Part shown: positions 1 to 11,604 of the stretch, piece after piece | How positions within the stretch are numbered: position 1 is the stretch's first letter | How the letters are laid out: each line of letters starts with the position of its first letter | Assembly: GCF_964204645.1 (NCBI RefSeq) | Contig: NC_134027.1 | Location: 15,718,485 to 15,782,484, forward strand | Length of the DNA stretch: 64,000 nt | Origin: Tubulanus polymorphus | Lineage: Eukaryota; Animalia; Nemertea | Direction: 5' to 3' | The notes under the pieces: model-generated | What the model was told of the DNA's origin: nothing | The model's input: only the letters and a program-made list of their open reading frames with translations | Database searches by the model: none | Position numbers and translations under genes: made by a program

Positions 1-382
1 GTCAATTCTTTTTGAATTTATTCATAATTAGTAACATATTCTTAATAGTAATGATTTTATTATTAGCAATCTGATCTAATATATTTCTAGTTGTAAAACG
101 TAGCGTGTAAACGGATGAACGAGCAATTATCTCATTAATGAGATGATCGCTTGTAGGTCGGATGGATGGACGTATTGGTGTGTACCGGTTTACAGTGTCT
201 TTAATCAAAGATTCCATTTGATATCTGTCGTATTTCTATGAAAGAGTACAAACAGAAATATAAACCCCTATACAGGGTATAAATCAGAAATTAAAACTAG
301 GACAATGGCTAATTTGCAAACATAAAGGGAAAGATTTCTCTCAACAATCATGACCCACATAAACCGCGATCACACGGAGACG

Positions 383-735
383 ATTTGGCCCGGGCCAAAT
401 TAGCACCGATCAGGCTCGGGCCAAATTTGGTAATTAGAGAGTGCGTTCACACGCATACCATTCACTCGATACTAAACAATGCTCAAATAAAGCGAAGTGG
501 ATCATTTACGGTGCTAGTTGCAATTCAAACGCAGTCATTTGTCTGGTGCTTGGGCCAGGTCCGACGTTTTTTGTCGGGCCAAATTTGGCCCGGGCCAAAC
601 AGACTCGGGCACATTTGGCACCCGTGTGAACAGTTGTTCCGGGCCAAATTTGGCCCTGGCCAAATATACACGTGCGATCGCGGCTATAGAGACGATTTGT
701 CGGGGCTAAATTGGCTCGAATCAGGTCCGACTTAA
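383..735. repeat. Cluster of short palindromic GGGCCAAAT/ATTTGGCCC motifs, probably part of a non-autonomous element
   Basis: Perfect palindrome ATTTGGCCCGGGCCAAAT at 383-400. Related GGGCCAAATTTGGCCC motifs lie near 576-591 and 641-656. The overlapping ORFs are artefacts of the repeat. Confidence 0.6.
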
Positions 736-1589
736 ATTTTACGTATGGCTCGCCAAAGAGCGCGCAGATTTTCATGTTCAAATTCATTTCACATTCAAAT
801 TCAAACCCATTCATTCGTTAATAAACAATGCTTAAACCATGGAATCTAAACCGAGTCCATACTTAAACCAAGCGAAGTGACTGTCTCCCAGAACCAGTTT
901 AAATCAACACGCTTAATTTAATTTGACTCAGGTCTGGTCCGTCGTTTTTGGTCGGGCAATTAGGCACGGGTCCATTTTGCGCCCATTACTGTTTTTTTCG
1001 CCAGATCTCTCCGTTCCTACACCTTTTAACTTGATTTTTATCATCCACGTATTTAAATTTCGATTCTTTCAGCTGGTGTTAATTTAATACTCATGCAAAG
1101 CACACTGATTACAATTTGCAGCAGTGCGTTATATAATGAAATAAGTAATATTGATTGTTAATATCAATATCAAGTGTGAATTTGCAGTTGTAAAATAATT
1201 GATTTGATTAACAGTATAGTTTGATCTAGACCTCCCAGCGTCAATCAATGAAGAAAAAATTTAACTAGTCAAAGACTCAAGATCAAGTAAAGAAAAAGGA
1301 AGATGCATTCTAACAACTGATTGCGATGTGAAGACTATATTAGGCTTATTATTAGAACCTGCACTACAGCTATTCAACTTTCTATAAACCATTCGTCCCA
1401 GACCCTCAAGTACCGTGTACATTATCACTCAAATTGCCTAAATATGTCTGGTGTCGTCGCTATAGTATACTACTTATTAAAACAATTATTACACCAATAT
1501 AATTAATATATATACCTATCATTCTAAAAGCTCAGGTTTTTAGCGTTTAGTGGTTTTGAAGAACATTCATCCCAAACTCTATATATCGA

Positions 1590-1800
1590 ATAACAGACCA
1601 GGTCCAGTTTCCTTCGTTTGACATTCGGAGGAACATTCCTCCCGAAGTCGATACTTTGAATATCAGACCTGAAGGTCAAATTCTCTTCGTTTGACCTTGG
1701 GAGGAATATTCCTCCCTAAGTCAATTGTTAAAATATCGGACCCCATGGTCAAGTTTCCATCGATTGACATTGGGAGGAATATTCTTCCCAAGGTCAATTT
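1590..1800. repeat. ~73-bp tandem repeat (3 units), each with a ~34-bp palindrome
   Basis: TTGAC(c/a)TTGGGAGGAATATTCCTCCC..GTCAA-type palindromes start at ~1618, ~1690 and ~1764. The intervening sequences are also similar to one another. Confidence 0.75.
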
Positions 1801-1837
1801 TCCCAATAGCGGTCCTCTTAATTGGTGACACTCAAAG

Positions 1838-3150
1838 CGGTGTTGTCATATCGCGGAAAGACGGAATCGCGGAATTTTTTCCAAAAACGCGGAATTTCTT
1901 CATTTTTACTTTAAAAAGTAAACGGGTTTTCCCACGGGGATACCCACTGTCGGACAGGGCACCGGACCGATCGATGCAACGAGTTAGGTTCGAATCCCAT
2001 TATTTGCAGGCAATTTTATATGGAATTATTATATTACGATAACGTTGACTGGGCCAAATTCGGTTTTCGTATCTAGTCAACTAGTGGTCGGAACTAATAA
2101 CCGAATGCGCTTGATTTTCGAACTATTTCCGGAATATAGTTCCGACTATCGGACATTCGGTTTCGTTTAGTTCGACTATACTCGACTAACTCAGATAACC
2201 GAAGGTGGCCCTGGCTGCCACCTGTAGAAGAAGTCAGAATCAAGTGGGGTGAAAGAGACCAGGCACCTAATGTCTATTTCTACTAGGCAAACTTCGGTTA
2301 TCGAAGTTCATCGACTTTTTGAGAACTTCAGAAACGAATATTATCAGATAAATATTGAGCACGTTCGCGGTGTCGGACCGTAGTTGTAGATGGTTGCAAA
2401 CATGAAATCCTACGACCAAACAAGTACCGGTTCAAATTCCTTTGAAATTATTATAATTTTACGGCCGTCCAGTACCGGTACCAATAAGATTCTTTCGATC
2501 CAAATAATCAGCATAGGGACATATATGTTATAGCAGTCACAAAGTTAACATTAAAAAAAACGAAACCATTTTATAATCTTTCATATCATTTAATTCTAAA
2601 AGATAAACCACATTCGCTTATAACAACAATGTAGACACACAACACGCATGAACAATCCTAAGCCAGAATGAAATATACATAATGTCTATTTATTTTCGTC
2701 TGACATCGATCCAGTTCCACAGTTGTGAGTTAACTCACAGTTACTTAGAATCAATTCATTTCCAATGTTTTAAATCCAGAGACCAGAGTCAAATCTTAAC
2801 TCGGAAATGAGTCCTGGAGAATTACCCATGGTGTCATCACAAATCCTACGTTTACGTACCATCGATTTGTATTCCTTCAGTTAATGCAGCGATACTCTGT
2901 ATCACTGAATTCGCAAAGCACGTATTGCCTAGGTTCTCCATTATTTGGAACAGTATCGTTAAGTTGTTGACTGGCGATATAATAAATTATCAAATACTAA
3001 TTCCCGGTGTTGAAAACCTGGGTCCGGTGCCCTGTCCGACAGTGGGTATCCCCATGGGAAAACCCCGTTTACTATTTATAGTAAAAATGAAGAAATTCCG
3101 CGTTTTTGGAAAATTCCGCGATTCCGTCTTTCCGCGATATGACAACACCG
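1838..3150. mobile_element. Non-autonomous DNA transposon with ~130-bp TIRs and a 9-bp TSD (MULE/Mutator-like)
   Basis: CGGTGTTGTCATATCGCGGAAAGACGG... at 1838 is inverted at 3022-3150. It is flanked by the direct repeat CACTCAAAG (1829-1837 and 3151-3159). A partial second copy lies at 58104-58683. Confidence 0.9.
2050..2212. mobile_element. Small imperfectly palindromic MITE nested in the MULE-like element
   Basis: CTGGGCCAAATTCGGTT... pairs with ...AACCGAAGGTGGCCCTGG, with internal inverted AACCGAATG/CATTCGGTT. Confidence 0.45.
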
Positions 3151-3429
3151 CACTCAAAGAACGCGCGGCTCAGATTTCTATTGTGCGCCTATCGCGCGCT
3201 GCGCGTGAATCACTTACGTGATCTTTTCTGTAAATGTGAAGACCTCGCGGGCATTATGTTCTCTAAAGCCCAATATTATCCCAAATTCCGGACTGTTAAT
3301 AGGTTGATTTTACGGCAGAGTCGACATTTTTCAACAATTTTTAACTGTTCATTTATGAATATTTGAGGACTTATGAACTAAAAATTAGTTAAATTTTTGA
3401 TACATATTGAGAAAGTCACAAAACATTTG

Positions 3430-3866
3430 AGACTGCGTTGAAGAAGAAATCGAACCTTTCCACGAAAGCGGTGCTCGTTCGACTCTTTGCCCATTGGCGT
3501 GTCGTTTCTTTCGGGAACTGGGGTTTGCCGCATCCGGGATCATTCGCCTCACATTAGCTATTGTCCCCTGATGTGAGCTAACGTGTCCAACTGAAGACGA
3601 TGTGCCTCTCGATACATCTCCGCATAGCCGGTGCAATGAGCGCGAATGTTAGGTTGTACAAGCGAACAGCGTAGTCGTAGTTTACTTGGCGGGTCGTCGA
3701 CTACCAGCCACGGTATCGCAAACGTGTGGAACCACGCACTATCCCCGTTATGCACTACACCTATTCTGTGAAAAGCCGAACCGTAGTTCGGCCTCAAAAC
3801 TGTAGCTGGCGTTGACCCATAAGCTTGGGCGGACCAGAGAACCAGTAGTACGAGCGCAACCTGCAT
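3430..3866 (-). pseudogene. env: env-like (class I fusion protein-like) ORF of a Gypsy element, frameshifted and truncated
   Basis: Signal peptide MQVALVLLVLWSAQA and the motif NYG..F..IG......W.HTF.IP. After a frameshift come a basic RKKR site and RAPLSW. It lies directly downstream of the integrase/chromodomain, and a splice-acceptor-like TTATCTTTTCAG precedes the ATG. Confidence 0.65.
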
Positions 3867-3959
3867 TCTGAAAAGATAACAATGAGCCGCGTCAATACGG
3901 CAAACTTTGGAACAGTCATAGTTCTTCTATCGGTGCCTCTTTTTAGTTTTCCGACCCAT

Positions 3960-5245
3960 GGACTTGGACCTAGCCGCTAAGTCATCCCAATAGGCTTCAA
4001 TAACTTCCGGGGTCTAGTTTTCAGCTGGCTCAAACGTATTGTCCCTGTTGTCACAACCAACCCATTGGATGAGGTATTTCAAAATTCCCTTTTCTATCTC
4101 GTAACGAATAATCTTTTCTACGTAGTAGACAGGGTCCACGTCACTCGTAGTTGGTCTGTCTGGCAGGGCCTGTCAGGGATATTCATTTGATCCCCCATGG
4201 TCGTCTGTCAAATTATTTGGCTGGTCGTCTGGGTGATCCTCGTCCTGGTCGCCATCGTTCCCATAATCGATATCGTCGTCGATCCTGTCCAACGGTCGAA
4301 TGTCAGTAGAAAAGAAGTATTTCATCCGATTACAATGAATCGGCACTGCTAATTCCTTATTGTTTTCGTCCTCCAAGATGAAAGAAACAGGAGAAAGTTT
4401 TCGAACAACCCGATATGGGCCAGTCCATTGATGTAAGAGTTTCTTACTCAGCCCTTTTACTTTCTTTGGGGAGAAAACTAAGACTTATTCACCCAAGTCA
4501 AAAGTTTACGGGACTGCTGTTCTGTCCAGACGTTCCTTCATCCTTTCTTGAGCCCTTTTGATGTTATCTCTGGCTAATTTCCTGGCTTCTTTCAACTTCG
4601 GTAACATGGCCTGAATAAAACCTCCTGAGTTGAAGTAGACATCTTTCGGGTTGAGAAGAGCAACATCCATTGGGAGCTTTGGCTCTCGACCGTACATTAA
4701 AAAGAACGGAGAATATTGTGATGTGTCTGACGCTGGATTAACAAAAACCTGTATGCAAAAAGAATTGGATCTAAGTACGTATCCCAATCTGTCTGACGGT
4801 CGTTACAATACATGCTTAAAGCCTTGACCATTACCAAATTAATGTGCTCAACTTGACCTTGAGTCTGTGGTCTATAAGCACGAGAGCGTGCCCGAGGCGT
4901 ATAACAGAGTCGCGACACCTCATTCATCAATTTACTCAAGAAATTGGTTCCGCGATCGCTCTGTAACACAGATGGGGCCCAGTGTCGGCAAAAGATTTGC
5001 TCATAGAATATTCTTGCAACTGTCGTTGCCTCTTGGTCTTTCATAGCAAATGCTTCGACCCATTCGATAATCAACGAAAACTAGAATATACTTATTCCCT
5101 GAAACAGTTGTTGGAAATCGACCATATACATCCATTGAGACCCTGTCCCATGGTCCAGTGACAGCGATTGGATTAACTGGGGCTCGTATTGGCTTTCGCA
5201 GCTTATTTTTGGTTGCACAGTCTCTACAAGATTTGATCCACTTTT
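3960..5245 (-). pseudogene. Ty3/Gypsy integrase with C-terminal chromodomain, frameshifted
   Basis: Zn motif CRDC; WDRVSMDVYG..P....GNKYILVFVDY; QSDRGTNF; YRPQTQGQVE; SPFFLMYGREP. A chromodomain YYVEKII...KYLIQWVG...DNTFEPAEN*TPEVIEAYW lies at ~3987-4127. Confidence 0.9.
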
Positions 5246-5493
5246 CTATAGACCATGTTTTACGAGTATCGAAATTTAACATGAATGATGAATACAATCA
5301 AAAGCTAATCTGGAATTGGAAAAACCTGAGACCTCTTGAAAAGAAGGAAAATATTAGGAAAGGAAATGAACTAGATTTACAGTTATACTTGGAGCAATTA
5401 GATAAAGCAAATACATTTATTGAATTATGGAATAGTAGCTCGCAGAATTGCCCACATACTGAATCTTTAGAAGCGCTTATCATAACAGCCTGA
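5245..5493 (+). pseudogene. HNH/endonuclease VII-like gene remnant (Polinton A)
   Basis: IDHVLRVSKFNMNDEYNQKLIWNWKNLRPLEKKENIRKGN matches copy B 35804-36130. Its 5' end abuts the Gypsy fragment. Confidence 0.85.
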
Positions 5494-6275
5494 TAGCACT
5501 TAGCCTATATAGCTGCATGTAAATAGCTCTGGGTGTGTTTACTAAAACATCTGTTACCAGCTTACACTTCAATTGGAAAGAATCAATTAATTTCATTAAG
5601 CCTATAAAAGAACAGCTGTCAAGCGTTTCCATGGCACCAGACAGTGCCTTGACGTATTGAGACATAGTGAATCACCCACCTCTGGCGCATTACATCATCC
5701 TCGATCGCATATACAGGACGCATAGGATATTCTCTCTCGAAACACAGTTTACAGTTCTAAATCTAAATGTAAGTACCGTTTTTTGTAGTTATTATGAAGT
5801 AGGGAGAGGGGGTTACTAAATATTGCTAAATATACCTTTAAACATATCTAAGTACAGTAATTCATATCTAACAACAACGCTGTGAGTATAAGACTTCCGA
5901 AAGGGGTTATTTGTATTAAGATATATTCAACAACAGCTCTGTGACTTTGGAATACTCCGAGCTGTAATAAAGTGAGATAAGAGACACTTCCTAAACTCAC
6001 AAGCTATGTTTTGTCTTGCTATTTTAAGCATAAACCTGGTTCAACTTCAAGTTAATTATGTTCTACGCTAGATATCTTTTAGATAACAAAATGAAGACCA
6101 TTTGAATCAAGAAAGTGAAGATGGATGGATGTGGAATCAGAAATTATGGATATTTTATCTCAAGACTCTGAAGCTGTTTCATGACATTGTAATGTATATA
6201 CCGGAATTGCAGTTGCGCGTACATTCGTCGTTCGGCTGTTGTTAATGGTGGCAGCTGCTCTGTACTGATTGGTGA

Positions 6276-6486
6276 TTACGCAATAACCGGTCCTATAGGA
6301 CCGCATTTCTATTGTTCTCAATTATTCTATCTTCGATCGTTGTTGATAGAAACAGCTTTTCTGTATTGATCGGTTACAGTTCTATGTTTGAATATTTTAG
6401 TTTACAGAATAAAAATATAACTATGTTTTACGCAATAACCGGTCCGATCGGACCGCTTATTGTTCTCCATTGTTCTATCTTCGATC
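6276..6486. repeat. Two ~60-bp direct repeats with short palindromes (Helentron/HINE-like remnant) within an insertion in Polinton A
   Basis: TTACGCAATAACCGGTCC(tata/gatc)GGACCGC...TTCTATCTTCGATC at ~6276 and ~6428. Confidence 0.45.
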
Positions 6487-7036
6487 CCTACAATTTGCAA
6501 AATAAATACATGTGTTTATGAAATAGTAATTCCACCCGGTGTTTTCGTTATATTACTTTTCAGTTGAGGATTTTTTATCGAGGATCCGAAATGACTTATC
6601 TGGACGGTTATAGTTACCGCTCCTATAGATAGACAAAAGTAGTGAGATATTGAATCCTAATTTAAATAAAATATATTTAAAAAACAATAACTTCAACTAG
6701 CTAGTGAATTCTATTATATTTCTAATATTTTCTTATGCAATTCTAATCAACACTAGATTAAATATATTTTGATAAGATTTGAATAAAAATTACATATCTT
6801 CAAATAGATAGTGAATTCAATTATATTTTCAATATTTTCTTTTGCAATTCTAGTTAACACTAGATTGAATAGATTTTGATAAGATTTGAATAAAAAAACA
6901 ATAACTTCAAATAGATAGTATTCTTAGTGTTAACACTAGAATTCTTTAACTTAACTAAGCTAGTATTAACTAAAGAGTTACTAGAATCATTTGAAGAATA
7001 CTTATAATATTTTTTCGCTTTTTTTCTCTAATATAA

Positions 7037-7619
7037 ATGTCAAAGAAATTGAGTAAGAATAGTATTGATATTGAAAAGACAATTGAGGATTTAGGTATTA
7101 CAGATAATAAGGATACGGTTGTTTCTAATTGTGCTCAAGTTGATGATAATATTGATTACGAATACTATTTATATTGTAAGCCACATCTAGAATTACTAAT
7201 TGCCGGCGGCAAATCTAAGGATTTCTTGTGGAAAATTATAACTTTTCAAGAATAAGATAACATGAAACCAGATAAAGTAATCAAACATTTCAAAATATAT
7301 GAAGAAGCTAGATTAGCTAGAACAAATGACTCTATAAGTGATAGTATTATCAAATGTTACTCTAAGTTATGTAACCGAGATAATTGTAATACCAATTGAT
7401 GATGAAAATAAATTATATACTGATTTAAAAAATGATTACTTAGTTATGACAGAACTACAAAAATGGGTTGGGTACGCTTCATTCCAATTAGGTGGAATAA
7501 TGACATTGATTTCTACTGGAGTTATAACATTTTCTAATATCAAACCTATAGAATGTAAAGATAAAAGTAAATCAGAAGATATTGAATCAGAAAAAAAATT
7601 AAGTAAAATAAATGAGTGA
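7037..7619 (+). pseudogene. Conserved Polinton hypothetical protein (homologue of 34948-35556), with a premature stop
   Basis: Near-identical to the copy B ORF. Carries TAA at 7253-7255 and a later frameshift. Confidence 0.8.
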
Positions 7620-7950
7620 TGATATTCAGAAAAAGCCTAGATCTGAGAAACAAATTAAATGGGCTAGGGAATTAGGTAAAAGATCTTCAGAATTAAAAAG
7701 AGCTAAGAAAAAGAAATTAACTGATATAAATGAATCACAGACTTTATCTGGTATTGATTCGAATGATAATCCATCTAATTCTTCTAATACTGGAAGAAAT
7801 AATTACTTATACATTACAATTCGGTTAATCACAGTTATTATATTCTCTGGTGTAATATATAAATATAAGTATAAATCTGATGATAATGATAAACCTATTA
7901 TACCAGAAAATAAGTCAAATGACAAATCTAAATTATTATTAATGGATTAA
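7612..7950 (+). CDS. Small basic protein with one TM helix (Polinton A; homologue of 34599-34955)
   Basis: Basic KKPRSEKQ..WARELGKRS N-terminus and a hydrophobic ITVIIFSGVIY segment. Confidence 0.7.
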   Translation: MSDDIQKKPRSEKQIKWARELGKRSSELKRAKKKKLTDINESQTLSGIDSNDNPSNSSNTGRNNYLYITIRLITVIIFSGVIYKYKYKSDDNDKPIIPENKSNDKSKLLLMD

Positions 7951-7956
7951 AATAAG

Positions 7957-8542
7957 ATGAAAAAAGAACAATATTTAAGAGATTTATATTATAACCCAGA
8001 GAGTGAAGTATCATATTCTAGTGTTACAGAATTATGGGATAAAATTAAATTTGATAATGAAAATATAAAATATAGTGAACTAAGATTATGGTTACAAAAT
8101 CAACCAACATATCAAATCCATAAGAAAATGCATAATAATTATTCAACAAGAAAAGTTATGGTTTCATATATTGATCAACAATGGCAAGCAGATTTAATTG
8201 ACATGAACAACTTAGAAGAACACAATAAAGGATATTTTTGGATATTAAATGTTATAGATATATTCAGTAGATACGCATGGAGTATACCAATCAAAAACAA
8301 AACTGGTTTAGAAGTAACAAATGCTGTTAGAAATATATTTAAAGAAGCTATTCCAGGTAAGATACAATTTGATGAAGGTAAGGAATTTTATAAAAAACAT
8401 TTCAAAAAATTATTATCTGATAACGATGTAGAGTTTTTTCAACGCATTCAGATAAAAAAACATCTATTATAGAAAGGTTTAATAAAACATTGAAAACTAG
8501 AATGTGGAAATATTTTACTGCCAATGAAACATATAAATATAT
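7957..8542 (+). pseudogene. Polinton rve integrase (copy A), frameshifted and 3'-truncated
   Basis: LYYNP, QWQADLIDM, VIDIFSRYAW and IQFDEGKEF motifs. Frameshift near 8440, break near 8542. Confidence 0.9.
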
Positions 8543-8707
8543 CATATTTTTCTTTAAGCTTATTATATTCTTACCCTATATTCCTTTTCAGTGATATTGG
8601 TATAATTCCTAAATGATTCCCGAGTTTATATCAATAGAATGTTTCTCTTGAAAATATTTTTTCGAGAAATAATCTATAAATGTTTTTCTATACCACCGAT
8701 AATCTAA

Positions 8708-9480
8708 AGGCTGGCGTATGTCGACAAGCTACGCGACGCCTACCGACTCCTACCGATGCAACTGAGAGCAACTGCGATCGCAGCCCAGCTTATGTCGACT
8801 GCGCTCCGATTCGCAGCAACTGAGGCCGACTACCGGGATATGAGATCCTCCCAGTTGCTTCCCTGCTTATTTCGGTTGCGATTACTAGTAACTGTATTGG
8901 CTCAAATGGTCACGTGATTAGCATTTTGAGAATAAATTTGAATTATTGGGAAATATATTTCTATTAGAAAAGCTATTTGTTTAAGACTTTGTTCTTTCTG
9001 ATTCTGTTTTGAATACAACGTGCTAGCGACATTATATAAAGATGGCCGCTCACACCATAATTCTACCAATTTCGTTTCTAGATCTTCGGTCAAGTCCTCT
9101 GCCGTGCTGAAGGTTTGGTTTACGTTTTGAACAACTTGAATTTGAAAGTTTATGACTAATTACGAATGACGCTAACTAGCGGTGATAATTTGCACTATGT
9201 ATATGCGGTCTCTCATTGGCTGGAACCCCTGCGCTCAGTTCCGTCGCGTCACAGATGAGCTCATGTCGGCTGCGATCGAAAGCAACTGTCCGCCCACCGT
9301 AGGCCGGAGTAGAACATGGGCAACTAGCCGGATACGGCTTGCGACGGCTCGCAAGCCGGCTTATGTCGAACCGATAGAGCAGCAACTGGCGGCCTCTCGT
9401 AGGCCGCTAGTTGCTGCTAATCGGCGATAAACCCAGTTGCGTCGGTAGGCGTCGCGTTGCTTGTCGACATAAGCCAGCCT
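8708..9480. mobile_element. PIF/Harbinger non-autonomous element with a MADF/Myb-domain remnant
   Basis: 40-bp TIRs AGGCTGGC(g/t)TATGTCGACAAGC..CCTACCGAC with TAA TSD (8705-8707, 9481-9483). Internal ORF 8902-9093 (-) reads LVELWCERPSLYNV...Y, which is MADF-like. Confidence 0.9.
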
Positions 9481-9694
9481 TAATATATTCATTTTATTGA
9501 ATTTTGGATTTATAATTAATGGATTTTCTATTACATTATGTGTACCTATATGTTTAATTGAGTATTTATGATTCAATTGTTTATCATATATTACATATTC
9601 TCTACATTTTTCACACCAAGATTTAAATACCTGTATTGCATGGGCTGAATCATTTCCACCTTTGGTTTTTAATTTATAATGTTTTGACCAATTA

Positions 9695-10084
9695 GGGAGC
9701 GTTCACAAATTACGTACCTCAAAATCTCCCGTTTTTCTGACCCCCCCTCCCCCTTGTACCACCTTTGTACCAAATTCACTGACCCCCTCTTAGGTACGTA
9801 CCATCGCACCCATGACCACCCCCCCCCCCAATTATATTGATGCAAAGAATTAAGCAAGTATTGTTGTTTATTGATTTTATATACCCGGTACTAAAAGCCG
9901 ATAAAACACCAACGGCTATTTTCATTTGAGTTTGGTACATAAAGTACGTACCAAGATTGATTAATACCCCCCTCCCTCAAAGTACGTACCTTTTTTGCTG
10001 ACCCCCCTCCCCCATGTACCACTTTGTACCAAAATTTAGTAACCCCCCTCCCCCAACGGAGGTACGTAATTTATGAACGCTCCC
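9695..10084. mobile_element. PIF/Harbinger MITE
   Basis: TIRs GGGAGCGTTCA(c/t)AAATTACGTACCT, TTA TSD (9692-9694, 10085-10087), and internal ACCCCCCTCCCC repeats. Confidence 0.92.
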
Positions 10085-10188
10085 TTAGCCTTTGTTATAT
10101 ACAAGTAATTGTAAAAGTGGGGTTTCAGACCAGAGGACGAGAGGACGACACACCACTCATCACCACAAGTAACTTTTCGGCATAATAA

Positions 10189-10512
10189 ATGGGAGATAGA
10201 AAAGCATTCTTAGCAACAATAAATAACAGAACAAAACCAACAAAAAAACAATTTGAAATAAAAAAGTTAGTCGATGTTACAAAAGAAATTGAACGCAAAA
10301 TATTGAAATTAGAGAAGATAAAAACTTATGGAGAGAAAGTAACAGCAAATTTAAGCTAATGTAATGTTAGTACAACGCGAGAATTTAAAGTATTTTTACC
10401 TGATAAATGGGTTTTATTGAGTACAGAGGAATTAAAAGATTTAGAAGGATTTAAAATAATTTACCATGGGGAAAATGAAGACGGGCACCATGATTTCGAA
10501 GTTGTTGACTAA
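10189..10512 (+). pseudogene. Divergent paralogue of the Polinton SSB-like small protein, with one internal stop
   Basis: Translates KKL...KTYGEKV...*...FKVFLPDKW..LSTEELKDL...IYHG...GHHDFE, homologous to 24212-24550. Starts at TAAATG; TAA at 10357. Confidence 0.7.
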
Positions 10513-10874
10513 ATAATTAAGAAATAAAATAATTTTAAAAAAAATTAAAAAAAATGAATATCAAGAATCCGAAATGACTTATCTGGACAATTCAATAGCT
10601 CCGCGTAGATAGAAAAAAGTAGTGAGATATTCAATTAATTAAAATAAAATTTTTTTTTTTTTTTCTAAAATATTAATGCATTTCTTTTATTGTGAATTTT
10701 GGAATTTCAGAAGTATTTTTATTTTTAATAGCAGTAGTTTCAGAATTATTAATATCATAGATTTTATTTGATTTTTTATACCAACTACACCCAATCAAAA
10801 TGAATACAATTACAAATCCAGTTGTAAAATATGAATATTTATCAAATATTCTATTATCAGGAGTATAAATAACA

Positions 10875-11007
10875 ATATTATCAATATTAAAAGTGTGAGT
10901 AAAGTGTGAGTAAAATAATTTAGATTTTCAATATTAAAAGTGTGAGTAAAATAATTTCGATTTTCAATATTAAATATGTGAGTAAAGTGTGAGTAAAATA
11001 ATTTCAT
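10875..11007. repeat. AAGTGTGAGTA subrepeats matching the subterminal region of Polinton B
   Basis: TCAATATTAAAAGTGTGAGTAAAGTGTGAG matches the reverse complement of ~36648-36675. It is joined directly to the broken MCP gene. Confidence 0.7.
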
Positions 11008-11586
11008 ATATTCGATAATTTATAACCTATATCTTTAACAACGCTGGATATTACTATTTCATTAACAGGAGCAAATGTTATCTCAAATATAATATAAGTC
11101 TAATGGAATTTTATATTTGCTTCTATAAATCTTTTTTATTGAATTATCTTTAGCATTAGTAATTATTGCATTATTAGCTTCAGATCTTAATTTATTATGG
11201 TTTTCTGATTGGATACCTTGAAATATCATATTATTTCTATTTTCTTTTGTTAACCATACATTTTTGTAATGGATAAATAGATTATAATCATCTAATGAAA
11301 AAACTGTTTCCGGACCAATCTTTACAGTTAATTTTTTAATCAAATATATTCCAACATTATCAACAACATAATTATTATCATTGCCTGTTACTTTTATATC
11401 AGCTGATAAATAAATACTATTTGGAACATAAAAAGTATTTTGTGTTAATCGAGGGATTCTAACATATAAAGTTTCATCAGGATTAATATTAGAAGGATTA
11501 CGAGTAATTATATGATGAGATCTTTCTGCCTTAATAGCCTTATATATTCTAGAATTCTTAGAAGGATTTATGTAACTCCCACTCAT
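11008..11586 (-). pseudogene. Major capsid protein, copy A (5' half)
   Basis: About 90% aa identity to the N-terminus of 29823-31070, with an internal deletion and truncation. Confidence 0.85.
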
Positions 11587-11604
11587 TTATTTAAGAAAAA
11601 AAAT

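Larger units (their letters stand above)
8543..10105 (-). pseudogene. Degenerate zinc-finger gene in the variable region of Polinton A, split by two MITEs
   Basis: The minus strand reads WCEKCREYV...HKYSIKH near 9550-9625. This resembles the C2H2 fingers of 31103-31939 and sits at the syntenic position. Confidence 0.4.

Noticed and set aside
2-240. Possible host exon on the minus strand
   Set aside because: An acceptor-like sequence lies near 238-260, but there is no recognisable domain and the ORF runs off the window, so it cannot be supported.
1590-1800. CRISPR array
   Set aside because: The spacers are homologous to each other, there are only three units, no cas genes are present, and the context is eukaryotic.
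5158-5493. Novel Gypsy-HNH fusion gene
   Set aside because: The N-terminal part is antisense Gypsy integrase joined by a rearrangement to a truncated Polinton HNH gene.
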